DNA of 64,000 nucleotides from Candidatus Desantisbacteria bacterium CG1_02_49_89 (GTDB taxonomy: Bacteria; Desantisbacteria; UBA1551): NCBI GenBank assembly GCA_001871075.1, contig MNUP01000033.1:437-64436 (forward strand). Reading direction: 5' to 3'. The position numbers and the translations under genes were made by a program. The notes below the pieces were generated by a model. The model was not told the DNA's origin and did not search any database. It was given only the letters and a program-made list of their open reading frames with translations. Positions 57,900 through 64,000 of the stretch are shown in pieces (the stretch's first letter is position 1; each line of letters begins with the position of its first letter).

Positions 57900-58042
57900 A
57901 CCTAATAATCCATTTTCTATTTTCTATTATCGATTACTCGATTGCTCTGTTTTTCCCGCTGGTACTGCCTGAGAATAGAGAATGGAACATAAACCGTCCC
58001 GATGTTACATCGGGACTCTGATTTTTCGCTTCGCGAAAAATC

Positions 58043-58116
58043 TGCGCCTGGCCCGATTCGAACGGGCGGCCACCTACTTAGAAGGCAGGTGCTCTATCCA
58101 ACTGAGCTACAGGCGC
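58043..58116 (-). tRNA. tRNA-Arg(TCT)
   Basis: GCGCCTGTAGCTCAGTTGGATAGAGCACCTGCCTTCTAAGTAGGTGGCCGCCCGTTCGAATCGGGCCAGGCGCA. Confidence 0.85.
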
Positions 58117-58223
58117 ACACCCATAAAAACAGTGTCAAAGAGTCAGAGTGTCAGAGTGTCAAAGTAAAAGATAAGAATCCTTAGATATTTGGAGCGAAGG
58201 GAAACTGCCTGTCCGCCGACTTG

Positions 58224-58293
58224 CCCGCCGTAGCACCAACAAACCTTTTTCGAATAGAAAAATATTAGGTTTGTTGGGTATCTGCGCAGGCGG
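58224..58293. repeat. GAATA-loop covarying hairpin element, copy 2
   Basis: CCCGCCGTAG + CCAACAAACC / GGTTTGTTGG + TTTTTC-GAATA-GAAAAA + GCAGGCGG. Confidence 0.4.
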
Positions 58294-58432
58294 AAGCATA
58301 TTGCGGCAAACCCACGACGTTTAGTTAATACACAAATACCCTTAAACAAAAAGAACTAGAGAATAGAAAATTGAGCAATAGACCGTCCCGATGTCACATC
58401 GGGGCTCCAAATTTTCGCGTTGCGAAATTTTA

Positions 58433-58507
58433 TCGGGAAGGTGGGATTTGAACCCACGGCCTCCTGCTCCCAAAGCAGGCGCGCTAGCCAGGCTGCGCTA
58501 CTCCCCG
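58433..58507 (-). tRNA. tRNA-Pro(TGG)
   Basis: CGGGGAGTAGCGCAGCCTGGCTAGCGCGCCTGCTTTGGGAGCAGGAGGCCGTGGGTTCAAATCCCACCTTCCCGA. Confidence 0.85.
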
Positions 58508-58727
58508 TCGCCTGCTTTGCTCGCCCAGGGCATTCTGCAGGCGAACAAAGCGTTTGTTCGTTCCACTCACTCCATGCCCGTGAACGACATAAGTGATGTC
58601 GTTCACCCCAAAGCAGGCGCGCTAATCCTGTGTGCTATGCAATAACGGAAGTGTGGCTCGTTCCACTCGCATCGCACCCGTAAACGACATAAGTGATGTC
58701 GTTTACCCAGGCTGCGCTACTCCCCGC

Positions 58728-58805
58728 GTCTAAACAGTTAAAAGTTGCCCGCCCCGATAGCCATCGGGGCGAGGTCTCGCCCTGATTGAAATCAGGGCGG
58801 AAAAG
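58728..58805. repeat. Twin-hairpin element, copy B
   Basis: CGTCTAAACAGTTAAAAGTTGCCCGCCCCGATAGCCATCGGGGCGAGGTCTCGCCCTGATTGAAATCAGGGCGGAAAAG, as at 8211-8289. Confidence 0.5.
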
Positions 58806-58817
58806 ATAAAAATTAAA

Positions 58818-59408
58818 TTAAAACAGTTTCGAAAGAACCTTTTTTACTTTCCGAAGGGCTTTTGCGCGGTGGCTGATCCTGTTCTTTGTTTTCATACCCA
58901 GCTCTGCGAAAGTTTTGCCGTATCCTTCCGGGATGAAGACCGTATCATAGCCAAAACCTTCCGTTCCCTTTATTTCCGCGGATATCCTGCCTTTGCATAT
59001 CCCGGTAACTGTTTTTACCGGTCCTTTTGATCCGGCTAAAGCAACAATGCATGTAAATCTTGCTTTTCGTTTGCCCGGTCGCATGTCCTTCATTAACCTT
59101 AGCAGTTTCCTGTTATTATCAGCGTAAGTGCAATCCTCTCCAGCGAACCTTGAAGAGCGAACTCCCGGCTTGCCCTTAAGCGCCCCTACCACCAAACCTG
59201 AATCATCGGCAAGGGCCATTCTGCCGGTTTTCCGGGAGATCACAGTTGCTTTTTTAACCGCGTTAGCCCTGAAAGTCCTGCCGTTTTCCACAACTTCAGG
59301 CATCGGTGGAAAATCCTTCAGGGTCAATATTTTTATTTTAAGCCCCCTAAGGATCTTCTTAATTTCGCGAACTTTGTCAAAATTGTTTGTTGCCAGCACC
59401 AGTTCCAT
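58818..59408 (-). CDS. rdgB: Non-canonical purine NTP pyrophosphatase (RdgB/HAM1)
   Basis: MELVLATNNFDKVREIK. Ham1 fold motifs (FGYD). Confidence 0.85.
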   Translation of the reverse strand: MELVLATNNFDKVREIKKILRGLKIKILTLKDFPPMPEVVENGRTFRANAVKKATVISRKTGRMALADDSGLVVGALKGKPGVRSSRFAGEDCTYADNNRKLLRLMKDMRPGKRKARFTCIVALAGSKGPVKTVTGICKGRISAEIKGTEGFGYDTVFIPEGYGKTFAELGMKTKNRISHRAKALRKVKKVLSKLF

Positions 59409-59515
59409 ATTTAATTATGAATTATGAATGCTGAGTTATGAATCAACGGCAAGGATTTCAATTTAAATTAAATTCCTTGACTCATAATTCATAACTCATA
59501 ACTCATAATTTACTG

Positions 59516-60244
59516 TTATTTCCCAACAATTTCACCGAGTATTGATCTCTGGATCTCGATAATTTCCTTTATGCCCTTTTCTCCGAGTAAGGTAAGCTTG
59601 TCCATTTGTTCTCTGCTGAATGGTTTTCCCTCGGCAGTGCCCTGTATCTCTACGATAGTGCCGGCTCCGGTCATGACAAGGTTCATATCCACTTCCGCCT
59701 TTGAATCTTCCTCGTATGAAAGGTCAAGCATCAGCGTTCCGCTGACTATCCCAATGCTGATACCTGCTACAAAATCCCGCACAGGCCAGCTTGAAAGCAT
59801 CTGGCTTTTTTTCAGATAGGAAAAAGCGTCGCAGAGAGCTATGAACGCTCCGTTTATCGAGGCGACCCTTGTTCCGCCGTCAGCCTGGATAACGTCGCAA
59901 TCTATAGTTATGGTCTTTTCTCCGAATGTTTTAAGATCGGTCACGGCCCTGAGCGACCTGCCGATAAGCCTTTGTATTTCATGGGTCCTGCCTCCTGTTC
60001 TGCCGCTGTGTCCTTCCCGGGGGATCCTTGTCGCGCTTGACCTCGGCAGCATGCCGTATTCCGCAGTGACCCAGCCCTGTCCCGAGTTCTTAAGGAAAAA
60101 AGGGACCTTTTCGTCAACCGTCGCGGTGCAGATCACCTTGGTATTCCCCGTTTCTATTAAAACCGAACCCTCAGCATATTTCATATAGGGTCTTGTGATC
60201 TTTATATTCCTCAGTTTATCGTTCATCCTTCCGTCTAAACGCAT
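59516..60244 (-). CDS. rph: Ribonuclease PH
   Basis: [41 protein letters not shown]. The conserved rph-rdgB pairing is present. Confidence 0.9.
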   Translation of the reverse strand: MRLDGRMNDKLRNIKITRPYMKYAEGSVLIETGNTKVICTATVDEKVPFFLKNSGQGWVTAEYGMLPRSSATRIPREGHSGRTGGRTHEIQRLIGRSLRAVTDLKTFGEKTITIDCDVIQADGGTRVASINGAFIALCDAFSYLKKSQMLSSWPVRDFVAGISIGIVSGTLMLDLSYEEDSKAEVDMNLVMTGAGTIVEIQGTAEGKPFSREQMDKLTLLGEKGIKEIIEIQRSILGEIVGK

Positions 60245-60422
60245 TAAACCTCCGTTTGATTTAATTATGAATTATGAATTATGAGTTATAAGTTATGAAT
60301 CAACTGCAAGGAATCAAATTGTAACTCAGGGCTTTAGCCCTGATTCATAACTTTGCCCTTCGGGCAACATTCTCGTGTGGTTTTGCAGAATGTTTTCGAA
60401 TTCCATAACTCATAATTCATAA

Positions 60423-60947
60423 TTATTTGTAGATACTTTTACCGTATGAATTAATCCCGACCAAAACAGGGAAATCTTTCAGTTCAAGCTCATATATCGC
60501 TTCCGGACCCAGATCCCTGAAAGCGATCACTTTCGCTTTTGTTATTCTGCGGGAAAGCAGTGCCCCTGTTCCGCCAACAGCCACAAAATAAACCGCGCCG
60601 GATCTTATTATGGCCTTTTTTACGTCTTCTGAACGGTTACCCTTGCCTATCATTCCTTTAATACCGAGTTTAAGCAATAGCGGAGTGTAACGGTCCATCC
60701 TGGAGCTTGTTGTCGGGCCGCACGAGCCGATCGGCATGCCTTTCGGAGCCGGTGCCGGTCCCGCGTAATATATCGTCTGTCCCTTCCAATCTATCGGCAG
60801 TTTCCAAGCTTTGAGCTTTGAGCTTTGAGCTATTCTTTTATGCGCAGCGTCCCTTGCTGTGTATACTGGTCCCGTCAGCAGAACCTTTTCGCCTGCCCTT
60901 AATTTCTTTATGTCAATATTATTTAATGGAAGTATTATTTTTTTCAT
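60423..60947 (-). CDS. Class I fumarate hydratase / tartrate dehydratase beta-type subunit (Fe-S hydro-lyase C-terminal domain)
   Basis: LTGPVYTARDAAHKRI signature. 174 aa. It contains the in-frame (AGCTTTG)x3 heptamer array. Confidence 0.8.
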   Translation of the reverse strand: MKKIILPLNNIDIKKLRAGEKVLLTGPVYTARDAAHKRIAQSSKLKAWKLPIDWKGQTIYYAGPAPAPKGMPIGSCGPTTSSRMDRYTPLLLKLGIKGMIGKGNRSEDVKKAIIRSGAVYFVAVGGTGALLSRRITKAKVIAFRDLGPEAIYELELKDFPVLVGINSYGKSIYK

Positions 60948-60982
60948 CTTTTAACTTGTTACTTGTTACTTGTTACTGGATA

Positions 60983-62527
60983 TTAAAACTCAATATGCAC
61001 TTCCATTCTGCCGCTTCCCTTATGGATAAAATCTACGTAGCTGCTTTTCTCGATCTTCTGCGTGGTAAATTGCGGGATCTTTCCCGCGCATACAACTTTC
61101 TTCGCCTTTTTACCTTCGGGGATCATCACGTGAAATTCTATCTCGCGCGTCTTGCTTCCTTCCACAACCATAGAAATTACTGAACCTTTCTGGGAATATT
61201 CGTAATTTACGGATTGTTCGGAAGCTCCGTATGCGGCGCTCACGCTTGCCTGTTCTTCTTTTACCGAGACCCACTTCGGAGAGAGCTTAATACGCTCAAA
61301 AAGGCACGACTGGTCTTTAATACCTGCCAGCCCTTCGATTATTGCTGAAATTATCGCGGCCGCCCCCCAGCCCCTCGGTCCTCCGCCCTGATCTTTTCCG
61401 TCAGGTGTATAGAGAAAATAAATGGTTCCGTCTTTTTTCCATAATGCCTGCAATCTGTCAAGTATGTCCAGCGCGTAACTTTCAAATCCGTGGTCAAGGG
61501 CTGCTTTTGCCAGCTCGCCCGCTACGAAACCCGCAGGTCCCCCGTTTATGTATTGTTCTGCTTTGTATCCGCTGAATTCCGGGTATGGCGGGTTGATGCT
61601 GAACCATTCCGCAAAATATTTTCCCTGAGTATCCTTCCGCCTCTTGATGTATTCGTTAATTATGCTCGCTGCCATTTTTTGGTCAGGCAGGCCGCGGTTA
61701 ATATCATAGGTATTGCTGAGGCTGAGTATATCTTTTTCATTAACTCCTGTATCAAGCGGCGTTCCCATATGAACCTGGTGGGTATAGTATTTGCCGTTCC
61801 AGCACACTTTGTTCGTCCTTAACTTGAAATCCTCTGCTTTTTCCTGCCAGTATTTAACCCTGTCAAAACTTGCGAACTCGGCGAACATTTTTGCCAGCAA
61901 TACGCACGCTTCGTAAATTCCGCTGTTGTCGCCGTGCATTATCGCCATGGGGGTTGAATCTTCGATCCTTCTGTTATTATTAGGCACGCCATATGTAAAA
62001 TCCCATGTGTCTATTGTGAAGGCTCTCTTGACAAGAAGGTGGCCTTTGCAGAAACGCTTCTGGTCGTTCAGGCAATATTCAATCCCTTTTTCGACCCTGT
62101 CAACCTGTTCCCTGAGCCAGTCGGTGTCTCCGGTTGCCTGCCAGGCTGAATAAACGCCTTCAGCCATAAGATATTCAACGTCTGCCTCGATTTCAAGCCG
62201 CACGTACCCAAGGCTGTTTTTCTCATCGATCTGAACGCATTCAGGCGTTACCATCCTTGTGTGGATATCGTCTTTTCCTACTATCATTTCATAGAAAAAC
62301 CCTTTGGGGGTCTGCCTTTGCAGGAAATGGTCAAGCCCTGATCTGACTTCTTTCTCCCAGTATTTGTAACCCTTCATTTCATGGACGTGGTCTCTCAGCC
62401 AGCATGGGTTCATGTTCACTGTTTTGCCGTCCACGGTAAATGACTGCCTGTCTCCAGCCACTATTTTTTTTAAACCTTCTAAAAAATCATCATACCTCTT
62501 GGTGCCTGTCGTGATCTTCGTCTCCAT
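60983..62527 (-). CDS. Hypothetical 514-aa protein (possibly an alpha/alpha-toroid, glycosidase-like fold)
   Basis: Long clean ORF between the two fumarate-hydratase subunit genes. No motif I can assign. Confidence 0.5.
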   Translation of the reverse strand: METKITTGTKRYDDFLEGLKKIVAGDRQSFTVDGKTVNMNPCWLRDHVHEMKGYKYWEKEVRSGLDHFLQRQTPKGFFYEMIVGKDDIHTRMVTPECVQIDEKNSLGYVRLEIEADVEYLMAEGVYSAWQATGDTDWLREQVDRVEKGIEYCLNDQKRFCKGHLLVKRAFTIDTWDFTYGVPNNNRRIEDSTPMAIMHGDNSGIYEACVLLAKMFAEFASFDRVKYWQEKAEDFKLRTNKVCWNGKYYTHQVHMGTPLDTGVNEKDILSLSNTYDINRGLPDQKMAASIINEYIKRRKDTQGKYFAEWFSINPPYPEFSGYKAEQYINGGPAGFVAGELAKAALDHGFESYALDILDRLQALWKKDGTIYFLYTPDGKDQGGGPRGWGAAAIISAIIEGLAGIKDQSCLFERIKLSPKWVSVKEEQASVSAAYGASEQSVNYEYSQKGSVISMVVEGSKTREIEFHVMIPEGKKAKKVVCAGKIPQFTTQKIEKSSYVDFIHKGSGRMEVHIEF

Positions 62528-62660
62528 CTGTTCTCCTTTATATGATTACACCGATTACAAAACCGATTACACCGATTTAAAAATGATTACTGTGATTTCA
62601 AAAGAGATTACGGTGTTACTGCATTCAACTTTTAACGTTTAACTTTTAACGTTTAACTGG

Positions 62661-63548
62661 CTACAACGTAGTTGTAGCCTTACGCAGAGCCCAGCAGGAT
62701 ATATTGATCGCTACAGGCAGTCCTGCTATATGGGTCGGAAAGGTTTCTATATTTACTCCGAGGGCAGTTGTCTTACCCCCGAATCCTCCCGGCCCTATCC
62801 CCAGCGCATTTATTTTTCTTAATAGTCTATTTGCTAATTCTGACACTTGACATCCGCCCCGATCAATGTCGGGGCGAGACCTCGCCCTGCCTTTGCGCAG
62901 GGCGGGCTGGACTCTTGACACTGGTTTAAGGAGTGCTTCCTTCGCAATCACCATCGCTTTCTCGGAAGTTCCGCCTATTCCCACTCCAACGATCAGAGGC
63001 GGACAGGCATTCGGACCGAATTTCTTAACCGTTTCGACTATAAAATCTTCTATTGCGCCGGATTTTTCACCGGGCAGGAACATTCTGATCGTACTTGTAT
63101 TTTCGCTTCCGAAACCCTTGGGCAGTACCGTAATTTTTATCCTGCTGCCCGGAACGACTTTTGTGTGGATCACGGCTGGAGTGTTGTCGCCTGTATTTAC
63201 GCGTTTCCCGAAAGGATCTTCCACAACCGAAGCACGCAGGCAGCCTTTTCTATACCCGGAACGCACGCCTTCCTGTATTGCTTTTTCAAGATTTCCCTTG
63301 ATATGAAGATCCTGCCCTATTTCCAAAAACACCACAGCCATCCCGGTATCCTGGCACATCGCGATGGATCCTTTTTCCGCTATCTCAATATTTTTGAGGA
63401 TTGAATCCATAGCGTATCCGGCAAGACCTTTTTCTCTTTTTGCCGCTTTCTGTATGGCTTTTTTTACATCAGGCCGTAATGTATAATTCGCCCTCATGCA
63501 CAGTTCCGCTACGGTATCGGTTATTTTAGAAGCATTTATGATTTTCAT
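62661..63548 (-). CDS. Class I fumarate hydratase alpha-type subunit (Fe-S hydro-lyase N-terminal domain)
   Basis: MKIINASKITDTVAELCMRANYTLRPDV...CQDTGMAV. The Cys ligands typical of the tartrate/fumarate hydro-lyase alpha region. Confidence 0.8.
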   Translation of the reverse strand: MKIINASKITDTVAELCMRANYTLRPDVKKAIQKAAKREKGLAGYAMDSILKNIEIAEKGSIAMCQDTGMAVVFLEIGQDLHIKGNLEKAIQEGVRSGYRKGCLRASVVEDPFGKRVNTGDNTPAVIHTKVVPGSRIKITVLPKGFGSENTSTIRMFLPGEKSGAIEDFIVETVKKFGPNACPPLIVGVGIGGTSEKAMVIAKEALLKPVSRVQPALRKGRARSRPDIDRGGCQVSELANRLLRKINALGIGPGGFGGKTTALGVNIETFPTHIAGLPVAINISCWALRKATTTL

Positions 63549-64000
63549 TTGTTTGTTTTATCTTTCAAATTTACATTTTGTCCCCGCAGGTTTCTTACCC
63601 TGTGAAATGCAAAGCATTTCCAGGACTTGAGTCCCTGAAATCGCATTCGCGATTTCTAGGGGTGAAATCTAGACGCTGGGATCCCTTAGGGACATTTTGA
63701 CTTTTGCAATGTATTTTTAAGTATATTATTTCAAGCACCCCGGCTTCCCGCCTTTCTCCCTGTGATATTTGATGCATTCGCAGCAAATACCATGCCGCTC
63801 ACAGTCAGTGTTGGTGCATGTGCAATTCTTTTCATTTTCCTTTTTATTCTGGCATTCTTTTCTCATATACTACCTCCCGTAACCACAGGTGAACACAGGT
63901 GCACACAGTAAATCAGATCTAAAGTCATTTAAGTTAATATCTGAAAATAGCATCTAACAGTGTTGACCTGTGTTAATCTGTGGTTAAAGTATCTGTATGC

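Overview
The window is a 64-kb, gene-dense bacterial segment of about 50% GC. Nearly all genes lie on the minus strand.

Housekeeping content includes thrS, pilT, aroE, the glmU-like/prs/rplY/pth cluster, efp, rph-rdgB, and a two-subunit class I fumarate hydratase. Ten tRNA genes sit in highly repetitive cassettes.

The most conspicuous system is a roughly 19-kb co-directional signalling supercluster (9064-27929). It runs from an SRPBCC/ICMT-methyltransferase/FabF-like KAS trio, through a chain of sensor kinases and receivers, to an NtrC-type sigma-54 activator. A sigma-54-like promoter then drives two paralogous beta-barrel proteins, a GGDEF-REC, a REC-HD-GYP, PilT and two more kinases.

The non-coding DNA is unusually rich in repeats:
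- Structured repeat families with compensatory base changes between copies.
- MITE-like inverted elements flanking a dehydrogenase gene.
- Partial copies of tRNA 5' ends interleaved with a conserved GACATAAGTGATGTC hairpin upstream of tRNA-Val, tRNA-Phe and tRNA-Pro.
- Many 7-8-nt tandem repeat arrays, three of them in-frame inside conserved CDSs.

No CRISPR array, transposase or integrase ORF was seen. All protein calls rest on motif and family recognition by eye. No database search was run.
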